From Candidatus Limnocylindrus sp. (lineage in GTDB: Bacteria; Chloroflexota; Limnocylindria; Limnocylindrales; Limnocylindraceae), in the NCBI GenBank assembly GCA_051006395.1, contig JBPCTG010000033.1:1-39423 (forward strand): a DNA stretch of 39,423 bases. The letters are read 5' to 3'. The notes beneath the pieces are model-generated. The model was not told the origin of the DNA, did not search any database, and saw only the letters and a list, made by a program, of their open reading frames with translations. Shown piece after piece: positions 28,354-35,662 of this stretch (position 1 is the stretch's first letter; every line of letters starts with the position of its first letter). A program made the translations under genes and the position numbers.

Positions 28354-29903
28354 GCGCCGGCCTCCAGACGTGCCGCGATCGCGGCGACGAGGCGCTCAAG
28401 CTCCGAAGCACGCGAGGCCTTGATCAAGATGCTGTCGCCCGCCGAGACGCGATCGCGCAGCAGTCCTGCCGCGGCATTGATCCCCGCCTCGTCAGTGGAG
28501 AGCCGAATGATGCGCTCGATCGGCATTCCGCCGAGTCGGGCGCCCTCCGCGATCCCATCCGCCTCGTCGCCAAGGACGATGAGAAACTCAAGGTCGCTGG
28601 ATGCGGCAACGCGGCCGATCTCAAGGTGCGCTGCGGCGGCGTAGTCGCCGAGCTCCCCCATCGCGCCGAGGGCTGCGAAGCGGCGCGCTGACGACGCGGC
28701 GAGAGTAGCGAGGGCGGCGCGCATGCTCGAGGGGGCGGCGTTGTAGGAGTCGTCGATCAGGCGCACGCCGCCGACGCTGTGAACCGTGGCTCGCCCGCGT
28801 GGAAGCGCAACGTTGCTGAGTCGCTCGGCGGCGATTGCGGCGGGCACGCCGCAGATTCCCGCCGTGGCGATGGCGAGCGCCGCGCCAGAGGCGAAGTGGA
28901 GGCCGAAGAGCGGGAGGTTGGCGGTGACCGAGCCCTCCTCCGTCGCAACGGTAACGAGCGTGTGTGCGGTGGCCTGGTCGAGCTCAACGCGCACAATGCG
29001 CACCGTCGCCCCCGTGGCGCTCCCTGCGCTGATCGCCGGCGCCTGCCCGCGAGCGGCGAGAGCAAGGACGCGCGCATCGTCGGCGTTGAGCACCGCGCAT
29101 CCATCGGCAGGGAGTGCGGCGACGAGCTCCCCCTTCGCGGCGGCAATCGCATCGAGGTCGCCGGCACGCGAGGCGTGCACAGCATCGATCGCAGTAACCA
29201 CACCAACGCGCGGGCGCGCCATCGCGCAGAGGTCGGCGATATCGCCACCGACGTACATCCCCATCTCAGCAACAAGTCGCTCTGCGCCGTCAGGAAGGTT
29301 GAGGAGCGCAAGCGGAAGGCCGATCTCGTTGTTGGCGTTCCCAGGTGTCGCGCTCGTCTTCGTCGCAGCACCGCCGAGCGCCGCTGCGATCAGCTCCTTC
29401 GTCGTCGTCTTGCCCACCGAGCCAGTCACGCCGATCACATCCAGGTCAAAGCGTGCGCGCCAGCTGGTCGCCGCAGCCGCGAGTGCACGAACCCCTGAAT
29501 CTACGAGAAGGAGTGTCGCTCCGCGCTTCGTCGCGGCAACCTTCGCCGCCTCCATGGCGACGTTGAGTGCCGCCCCCTCACCAGCATGCGATGCAGCGGC
29601 GTGCGGTGCAGCGGCGGAGTTAGGACGTTCGGCGACGACCGCGGCGGCGCCGCGCTCGAGTGCGTCCACCATGTGTAGTCGCCCGTCGGTGCGCTCACCT
29701 GGAAGCGCGAAGAAGATCTCACCGTCGGCAACCAGTCGCGAGTCGACCCGCGCCCCGCGGATCGCGCGTGATCCATCAACAAGCAGTGCAACTTGGACCA
29801 CACCGCCGCGCAACGCGGCGCCGGTGATGAGTGCCGCAAGATCAGCTCCGCCCTGCGCGAGCGGGCCAGAGACACGCGTGCGCGGTGCAGCGCTCGCCGT
29901 CAT
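28350..29903 (-). CDS. murF: UDP-N-acetylmuramoyl-tripeptide--D-alanyl-D-alanine ligase
   Basis: 517 aa. DSRLVADGEIFFALPGERTDG, GVTGSVGKTTTKELI, TPGNANNEIGLPLALL, IDDSYNAAPSSM, and GAMGELG. These are MurF rather than MurE signatures. Confidence 0.9.
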   Translation of the reverse strand: MTASAAPRTRVSGPLAQGGADLAALITGAALRGGVVQVALLVDGSRAIRGARVDSRLVADGEIFFALPGERTDGRLHMVDALERGAAAVVAERPNSAAAPHAAASHAGEGAALNVAMEAAKVAATKRGATLLLVDSGVRALAAAATSWRARFDLDVIGVTGSVGKTTTKELIAAALGGAATKTSATPGNANNEIGLPLALLNLPDGAERLVAEMGMYVGGDIADLCAMARPRVGVVTAIDAVHASRAGDLDAIAAAKGELVAALPADGCAVLNADDARVLALAARGQAPAISAGSATGATVRIVRVELDQATAHTLVTVATEEGSVTANLPLFGLHFASGAALAIATAGICGVPAAIAAERLSNVALPRGRATVHSVGGVRLIDDSYNAAPSSMRAALATLAASSARRFAALGAMGELGDYAAAAHLEIGRVAASSDLEFLIVLGDEADGIAEGARLGGMPIERIIRLSTDEAGINAAAGLLRDRVSAGDSILIKASRASELERLVAAIAARLEAGA

Positions 29904-31831
29904 ACCAGCGACTCCTCACGACGTGGTGGGAGTAGGTCCCCGCCCAACCCGTCCGCGACCGGAGCGGAGGGTTCCAGCACGCCGGGCTGGGCGGGGGAAG
30001 TCAAACCGCCGGTTGTGGCGGCGGGGGGAATGCCCATCACGGCGATGAGGTCCTGGGCGACGCGGCGGAAGAGTTCGTACGACTCAACGTTGTTGAGGAT
30101 GTTCCCTTGAAGGTTCACCACAGGGGTGCCGCGACGAATCGAGACGGCGATGACGTACTCGGGGGCGGTCCGCCCGATCCAGCCGACGAAGGTGAAGTTG
30201 TAATGGTTCGGATCCCACGCACCCTTGCCACCTTTCTCGTTGCGTGCATCCTTGAGCCAGATCTGCGCCGTGCCGGTCTTGCCGCCGTAGGAGTAGAACG
30301 GCATCTTGGTGAGGCGCGCGTAGAGCGGCACGACCTTCGTGACGCTCCCCATCATGTCGACCATCTGCCCTGAGATCTTGCGGCTCGTCGCAATGCCACG
30401 CGTGGTGATCGGCGTCGGAACGCCATCGATCGCGTCGACGATGCGCGGGCGCACCAGAACCCCGCCATTTACCATCGCTGAGTAGGCGACGGCGAGCTGC
30501 GCGAGTGTGACGCTTAGCCCCTGCCCGAACGAGGCGTTGGCGACGTCGATCTCGCGCCAGGGGTAGAGCGGTCGCGTCGGATCGTTCACGAGACCATGGC
30601 TCTCACCAGCAAGGTCGATCCCTGTCTCCGTGCCGATTCCGAACTTGAGCCAGGTGGAGTAGATCGAGCGCGCCGACTCATCGGTGCTCTTGCCGAGGGC
30701 CAACGCGATCTTCGAGAAGACGACGTTGCGGCTCCACGAGAGCGCTTGACGAAGGGTGAGTGTCCCCATGGAGCGATGGTTTGCGTTCTGCACCTTGTTC
30801 AGGCCGTTGTCGAGGATCAGCGCCGTCTCATCCTGGTAGATCGACTCGGTGGTCACGCCGCCACCCTCCAACGCTGCGACCGAGGTGAGCGTCTTCATCA
30901 CCGACCCTGGCTCGTACACGTTCGAGATCACTGGATCTTGGAAACGGCTCGGGTCACGCGCAGCGGTCGCTGCGAAATCATTTGCATCGTAGGCCGGCCA
31001 CGACGCCGAAGAGAGGACGCCTCCAGTAAATGGGTCCATCACCATGACGCTCACCGATTCGGCGCGATTGGCGACGCCAGCGGCTGCAACCTCTTGCTCA
31101 ACGAGCGTCTGCAACGTGGCGTCAACGCAGAGTCGGAGGTCAACCCCAGGGTGTCCACCTGAGAGCTCGATCACCCGATCTACGCCGTCGCTCCCCCGCT
31201 CGGTTCGGGTGACGCGGGCGTCGCCAGCTAGCTGCTTTTCGTAGTAGGCCTCAAGGCCGTACTGTCCGACGCCGTCAGCGTTCACGAAGCCGATGATGTG
31301 GCTTGCCAGCGAAGTTCCCGCAGCGCCGCCAACCTGCTTGTAATTGCGCATGCGAACTTCGCCGATGGTGACGAGCTTCGAGCCGGCGGTCGCGAGGGCA
31401 GCGGTGACCGCGCCGGTCTGCTCCTCGTCGAGCCCGGTGAGGAGGGTGACCCAGGCGCGTCCCGAGGCGAGCGTCGCGTGAATGCGTGCCACTTCAGTGC
31501 TCCCCAGCGAGAGCGCAGCGGTGAGTGCCCCCTCGGCGGCGGCGCGCTCTTCGTCACTCATCTGCGCTGGCTGGGCGTACACGTTGTGGCGCATAACTGT
31601 CTCGGCGAGAACGACCGACCCGGTGCGGTCCGTGATCGTGCCGCGATTCGGCCGCTCCTCGTCGGTGCTCGAGGTGCCGAAGCCACCCGCCGCGATGATC
31701 CGCGCCCGATCCACGGTGTGCCAGGCGAAGAGCCGCCCCAAGCACAGGATCCCGCACAAAAAGAGGACCGCTGCGACGAAGATGATCCGCGGCTGTGAGT
31801 CGGTGCGGGCCAGGCGCGAATCGTTCTGCAT
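29900..31831 (-). CDS. ftsI: Division-specific class B penicillin-binding protein (FtsI/PBP2B-like transpeptidase)
   Basis: One N-terminal TM segment. SxxK = SVMK, SxN = SRN, KTG = GGKTGTA. I prefer ATG 31831 (MQNDSRL...), which follows the ftsL-like stop as TGA-G-ATG, over the track's 31918. Confidence 0.88.
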   Translation of the reverse strand: MQNDSRLARTDSQPRIIFVAAVLFLCGILCLGRLFAWHTVDRARIIAAGGFGTSSTDEERPNRGTITDRTGSVVLAETVMRHNVYAQPAQMSDEERAAAEGALTAALSLGSTEVARIHATLASGRAWVTLLTGLDEEQTGAVTAALATAGSKLVTIGEVRMRNYKQVGGAAGTSLASHIIGFVNADGVGQYGLEAYYEKQLAGDARVTRTERGSDGVDRVIELSGGHPGVDLRLCVDATLQTLVEQEVAAAGVANRAESVSVMVMDPFTGGVLSSASWPAYDANDFAATAARDPSRFQDPVISNVYEPGSVMKTLTSVAALEGGGVTTESIYQDETALILDNGLNKVQNANHRSMGTLTLRQALSWSRNVVFSKIALALGKSTDESARSIYSTWLKFGIGTETGIDLAGESHGLVNDPTRPLYPWREIDVANASFGQGLSVTLAQLAVAYSAMVNGGVLVRPRIVDAIDGVPTPITTRGIATSRKISGQMVDMMGSVTKVVPLYARLTKMPFYSYGGKTGTAQIWLKDARNEKGGKGAWDPNHYNFTFVGWIGRTAPEYVIAVSIRRGTPVVNLQGNILNNVESYELFRRVAQDLIAVMGIPPAATTGGLTSPAQPGVLEPSAPVADGLGGDLLPPRREESLV

Positions 31832-31832
31832 C

Positions 31833-32381
31833 TCAGCGCCCCTCAATGAGCAGCGGGCTACCGAGCTGACCAACGCCCAACTCAAAGGCGCGGCGGCGTA
31901 TCTCTGGCTCACGCCCAAGAGGGTTCATATCTGATTCGCCGGATCGAATCTGCTCCATGAGTCGCGTCTGATCGTCGCGCAGGCCACGCAAGAGCGCAGC
32001 CGACGTGCTCGTCTCCGTTGCCAAGATCAAAAAGATAAACATTGTGCAGAAGAGGAGCAGCCCGACACCGAAGGCGCGGCCACGGAGGCTCCTCGCAACT
32101 CCGTCACGGCCAGCACTCCACGCCGAGACGCCGATTGCACCGCGCGGCTGTGCGACGCGCCGCGCCCCGCCAGGGATCGCCGCGCTCGGCACGCGAATTG
32201 AACCGGAGAGCGCAGCACCGCTCGCGTGCCCGAGGCGAGGACTACTCGCTACTGGGACGAACGCGCGCTGGATTGCAATGCGCTGTCGCACCGCAGCGGC
32301 GCGCCGTGCGTCAGCAACGCGTGGGGCGGTGAGCGGGGCGACCAGCTGTGCCCCGCGCAGCGGTCGACCGATCGCCGTCAT
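31833..32381 (-). CDS. ftsL: FtsL/DivIC-like septum-formation initiator with a long N-terminal extension
   Basis: 182 aa. A single TM segment (FGVGLLLFCTMFIFLILA) is followed by a short coiled-coil-like segment and EIRRRAFELGVGQ, resembling the FtsB/DivIC C-terminal motif. Canonical position between rsmH and ftsI. ATGA overlap with the rsmH stop. Confidence 0.55.
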   Translation of the reverse strand: MTAIGRPLRGAQLVAPLTAPRVADARRAAAVRQRIAIQRAFVPVASSPRLGHASGAALSGSIRVPSAAIPGGARRVAQPRGAIGVSAWSAGRDGVARSLRGRAFGVGLLLFCTMFIFLILATETSTSAALLRGLRDDQTRLMEQIRSGESDMNPLGREPEIRRRAFELGVGQLGSPLLIEGR

Positions 32382-33337
32382 GCCGCAACTCCGATGCGTT
32401 CGGCGGCGCGCAGCTTTGCGCTTCGGCTGCGCGGGTTTGCGGCGATCTCTTCATCGGTGGCGACCAACGGCTTGCGGTTGATCAGGCGCAGCGTTGGCGT
32501 GCGACCACAGCCGCAGGCAAGTGCACGCGGCGGGCAGATGCATCCACGTGCGGCGGCGGCGAACGCCTGCTTCACGATGCGATCTTCGAGCGAGTGATAG
32601 GTGAGCACGACAATACGTCCGCCGTCGGCCAGGATGCTGATCGCGCCGTCGAGCGCCGTCGCCAGCGCCCCTAACTCATCATTAACAGCGATGCGCAGCG
32701 CCTGAAAGACGCGCGTTGCAGGGTGGATGCGCAGCGGTGGCCCATAGCGAACCGGAACTGCCGATTCCACCAGCGCTGCGAGTCGCTCCGATGTGTCGAT
32801 CGGCTCAGCGTTGCGGCGCGCAACGATCGCCTTGGCGATCCGCGACGCATGTGGCTCTTCGCCGTATGCCTTGAAGATGCGAGCGAGATCGCGAGCGTCG
32901 AGGCGCGCGAGCAGTGCCGAAGCAGGCTCGCCGCGCGAGGTGTCGAAGCGAAGATCGAGCGGCCCGCCGGCGCGGATCCCGAAGCCGCGCGCGCTGTCGG
33001 AGAGCTGGTCTGACGAGAGGCCGAGGTCGAAGAGGATCCCGTCCGCTGCAGGGATCCCAGCCGCGCCCGCGGCGAGAGCGATCTCTGCGTTGCTTCCCTG
33101 ATGAGTCTGCAGGCGCGTGCCGAAGCGCGCGAGGCGCGTGCGCGTACGTTCAATCGCTGCGGGATCTGCGTCGATGCCAAGGAGTCGACCCGCTGGCGCG
33201 CTCGCGTCAAGGATCAGCTCTGCATGTCCGCCGCCGCCAAGGTTCGCGTCGATGTAGCTGCCGTCAGTGCGAACAGCAAGCGCGGCGAGGGTTTCGTCGA
33301 GAAGGACCGGGCGGTGGACCGTCAAGTCCCCCGCCAT
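32378..33337 (-). CDS. rsmH: 16S rRNA (cytosine1402-N4)-methyltransferase RsmH (MraW)
   Basis: HRPVLLDETL, DANLGGGGH, GILFDLGLSS, and LTYHSLEDRIVK. I prefer ATG 33337 (MAGDLTVHRPV...), which overlaps the mraZ TGA as TGATG. Confidence 0.92.
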   Translation of the reverse strand: MAGDLTVHRPVLLDETLAALAVRTDGSYIDANLGGGGHAELILDASAPAGRLLGIDADPAAIERTRTRLARFGTRLQTHQGSNAEIALAAGAAGIPAADGILFDLGLSSDQLSDSARGFGIRAGGPLDLRFDTSRGEPASALLARLDARDLARIFKAYGEEPHASRIAKAIVARRNAEPIDTSERLAALVESAVPVRYGPPLRIHPATRVFQALRIAVNDELGALATALDGAISILADGGRIVVLTYHSLEDRIVKQAFAAAARGCICPPRALACGCGRTPTLRLINRKPLVATDEEIAANPRSRSAKLRAAERIGVAA

Positions 33338-33765
33338 CAGAAACCGAGCCCCTCGAGTTGCGCGGCGAGCGCGTCCGAGGAGTCCATCGAGCCGCGATAG
33401 CCGTCCCATCGCTTCGGCGTCCAGATCTCGGCGTGATCTCGCGCACCCACCACCATCGCCTCGCCCTCGAGGCCGCTCCAGTCGCGCAGCGTCGCCGGCA
33501 ACAAGAGGCGCCCCTGCGCATCGATCTCGAGCTCGAAGGCGCTACCGAACAAGAATCGGCTGAACTCTCGCGCGGTGGCGTTGCCGGTGGGGAGCGCCGC
33601 GACCTTGGCGGCGAGTTCGTCCCAGGCGGCGCGTGGGAAGACGGCGAGGCAGTTGTCGAGCCAGCGAGAGACGAAGGCGCCGCCATCGAGCTGGGCGCGG
33701 AAGCGCACGGGGACGGCGACCCGTCCCTTGCCGTCGATCGTATGGCGGTACTCGCCCGTAAACAC
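33337..33765 (-). CDS. mraZ: Transcriptional regulator MraZ
   Basis: VFTGEYRHTIDGKGRVAVPVRFR plus a second SpoVT/AbrB-like repeat (EIDAQGRLLLPATLR). I prefer GTG 33765, with SD GGAGG 7 nt upstream. The track's 33819 start adds MGLGGSTTCCIRRGGGDS. Confidence 0.9.
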   Translation of the reverse strand: MFTGEYRHTIDGKGRVAVPVRFRAQLDGGAFVSRWLDNCLAVFPRAAWDELAAKVAALPTGNATAREFSRFLFGSAFELEIDAQGRLLLPATLRDWSGLEGEAMVVGARDHAEIWTPKRWDGYRGSMDSSDALAAQLEGLGF

Positions 33766-33801
33766 GCTATCCCCTCCGCCGCGGCGAATGCAGCAGGTGG
33801 T

Positions 33802-33861
33802 GGACCCACCTAGCCCCACTTCAAACCACTTGGATGGATTCTGCCCCCACCTCTCCCACTT
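33802..33861 (-). promoter_or_regulatory. Array of five A(A/G)GTGG(G/T) direct repeats, a candidate MraZ operator
   Basis: Minus-strand repeats start at 33861 (AAGTGGG), 33852 (AGGTGGG), 33831 (AAGTGGT), 33821 (AAGTGGG) and 33811 (AGGTGGG), giving spacings of 9, 21, 10 and 10 nt. Two lie in the promoter spacer and three lie in tandem just downstream of the -10. Confidence 0.55.
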
Positions 33862-33866
33862 GTCAA
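33838..33866 (-). promoter_or_regulatory. Candidate dcw promoter (Pmra)
   Basis: Minus strand: TTGACA (33866..33861), 17-nt spacer, CAGAAT (33843..33838). This predicts a ~65-nt leader before the mraZ GTG. Confidence 0.55.
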
Positions 33867-33964
33867 GGGGGGACCCGACGGGGCATCAGGGATGCCTGGA
33901 GGGGGCTCGGTGGGGCTCAAGGGGAGGTTGAAGGCTGCCCCGAACGGGGGGCGCAAGCATGGAA

Positions 33965-34312
33965 GCCCGGCGAGATGACCTGTAAGCCGGGTTCTGTCCC
34001 CCTTGCGGGGGGACGGCCATCCATCTCGGCCGTCGATTGCTCGACGACTCCAGCGGTCAACCCGGAGATCCCAGCGGTGCGCTGGTCTCCGCCGCAAGCG
34101 GCGGAGGCATCTCCCTATTCGACCTTGCTCCAGGCAGAGTTTGCCGCGTTTCACCCCACCGCTGGCCGAAGCCTGCGGCGGACTCGTCTCTGTGGCACTA
34201 GTCCGCGCCTCACGGCGGACGGGCGTTACCCGCTGCCTTGCACCTTGGAGCCCGGACTTTCCTCGACGACGCCCGAGGGCGCCGACGCGGCCGTCCGGCC
34301 ATCTCGCCGGAT
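33965..34312 (-). ncRNA. rnpB: RNase P RNA (bacterial type-A-like core)
   Basis: The reverse complement contains GAGGAAAGUCCGGGCUCC (P4 5' strand), GGUAACGCC, CCACAGAGA, GGGGUGAAA, CUGGAGCAAGG, AAUAGGG and ACAGAACCCGGCUUA (P4 3' strand). There is a 14-bp P1 (CCGGCGAGAUGGCC / GGUCAUCUCGCCGG) and a P2 (GGACGGCC / GGCCGUCC). Ends are good to about +/-5 nt. ORFs 33834..34799(+) and 33810..34154(-) over it are spurious. Confidence 0.9.
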
Positions 34313-34316
34313 CGGG

Positions 34317-34322
34317 AGTCTA
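34317..34322 (-). promoter_or_regulatory. -10-like hexamer TAGACT 6 nt upstream of the rnpB 5' end
   Basis: Minus strand reads CGCGC-TAGACT-CCCGAT-CCGGCGAG(P1). The TAG of the hexamer is the stop codon of the upstream RNase H-MBL gene. No convincing -35. Confidence 0.35.
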
Positions 34323-35642
34323 GCGCGACGGAACCGCTACGACGAGCCCATCGAATGCCGCGAAGACGTTGGCGGGAAGGCGACCTGCAAGCTCCTCGTA
34401 ATCCAGGTCGTGGTCGAGGTGGGTCAGGACGGCTCGGGCGGGGGCGAGCACCGCGATGAGCTCGAGCGCCTCGTCGACCGTCTGATGGGTCGGGTGCGGC
34501 AGGTCGCGCAGCGCAGAAACGACGAGCAGGTCGAGCCCCTGGAGACGCGCCCGCGAAGCGGCGGTGACCGAGGCGACATCGGTGAGGTAGGCGAACGCGC
34601 CACTGCGCCAGCCGTGCGCCTCGCGCTTGCCGTGCACGATCGGGATCGCCTCAAAAGGACGCCCGGCGATCTGCAGGGTCGGTTCGGCAACCTCGATACG
34701 GAGTGCGGGGATGCCATGCCCCGGGGCGGTACGCCCGTCGACCGCGTACTCCCAGCGTTGGCGCAACTCCGCTGCGGTCCCTGGGCCAGCGCCGAGTAGG
34801 AGCACCTCATCTTGCGCGTCGGTGTAGGCGCGCAGCTCGTCGATGCCGCCCGTGTGGTCCACATGAATGTGGGTGACGAGCGCGCCGTCGAGTCGATCAA
34901 CGCCGAAGTGGAGCGCCTGGCGCCGAAGATCCATTCCGGGATCAATCACGATCGCGCGCGCTGCCCCCGAGGCCGCGTCACTCCATTCCACGAGCGCCGC
35001 CGACCTGGTGCGGTGGTTGCGCAAGTCGCGCGAGAGGCAGACGGCGCAGCGACAGCCGACCCGTGGGACGCCGCGACTTGCGCCGCAGCCCATGAAGGTG
35101 ATTCGCGTCGCAGCGCGTGCCGACGCGCTCTCATGGAGGAGCGCCACATTGTCTGCGGCTGCAGCACTCTGCGTTCCGCTCGACATTGCAGGTTCCGGTC
35201 GACGCGTGACCCAAGCTGGTCCACCGATGAGTGCACGGTCGAGCGCCTCGTTCGCCAACGCATCGGCCCGCCCGTTCTGCTCGCGCGGAACATGGCGCGC
35301 ACTCCACTGCGAGAGGCGCATGAGCAATGCGTGTGCCTCGTCACGATACGGTGACAACTTTGCGTCGCGGACCTTCCAGCGCGCAGAGATCTGCTCGACG
35401 ACGAGCTTCGAATCGAGAAGGAGCAGCACCTCACGTGCGCCAAGATCTACGGCGAGCTCAAGGCCAGAGACAACCGCCTTCCACTCGGCAACGTTGTTCG
35501 TGGTGGTGCCGATCGCCGCGGAGATCGTCGCGATAGGAGGTGCATCGTGGCGCTCTGCACCATCGGCTGTGGCGTCGTAGAGCGCGACACCGATCGACGC
35601 AGGTCCAGGATTGCCACGGCACGCGCCGTCGGCGCGGAGAAT
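34320..35642 (-). CDS. Fusion protein: N-terminal RNase HI domain plus C-terminal PhnP-like metallo-beta-lactamase-fold phosphodiesterase (start codon uncertain)
   Basis: The frame is open from 35693 to the TAG at 34320. RNase H motifs: ADGACRGNPGP, NNVAEW, LLLDSKLVVEQISARWKV, GRADALANEA. MBL/PhnP motifs: GCGASRGVPRVGCRCAVC, THIHVDHTGG, YLTDV, LTHLDHD, FDGL. The track's start (GTG 35429) would remove half of the RNase H fold. 35642 is an in-frame ATT, the best near-cognate candidate. Confidence 0.75.
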   Translation of the reverse strand: MLRADGACRGNPGPASIGVALYDATADGAERHDAPPIATISAAIGTTTNNVAEWKAVVSGLELAVDLGAREVLLLLDSKLVVEQISARWKVRDAKLSPYRDEAHALLMRLSQWSARHVPREQNGRADALANEALDRALIGGPAWVTRRPEPAMSSGTQSAAAADNVALLHESASARAATRITFMGCGASRGVPRVGCRCAVCLSRDLRNHRTRSAALVEWSDAASGAARAIVIDPGMDLRRQALHFGVDRLDGALVTHIHVDHTGGIDELRAYTDAQDEVLLLGAGPGTAAELRQRWEYAVDGRTAPGHGIPALRIEVAEPTLQIAGRPFEAIPIVHGKREAHGWRSGAFAYLTDVASVTAASRARLQGLDLLVVSALRDLPHPTHQTVDEALELIAVLAPARAVLTHLDHDLDYEELAGRLPANVFAAFDGLVVAVPSR

Positions 35643-35662
35643 GAGGGAGCGGAGCGCCTCAG

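Noticed and set aside
33834-34799. 321-aa plus-strand ORF, and the 114-aa minus-strand ORF 33810..34154.
   Set aside because: They cover the RNase P RNA gene and the antisense strand of the MBL domain. The interval is fully explained by rnpB (P1, P2, P4 and conserved loops all present).
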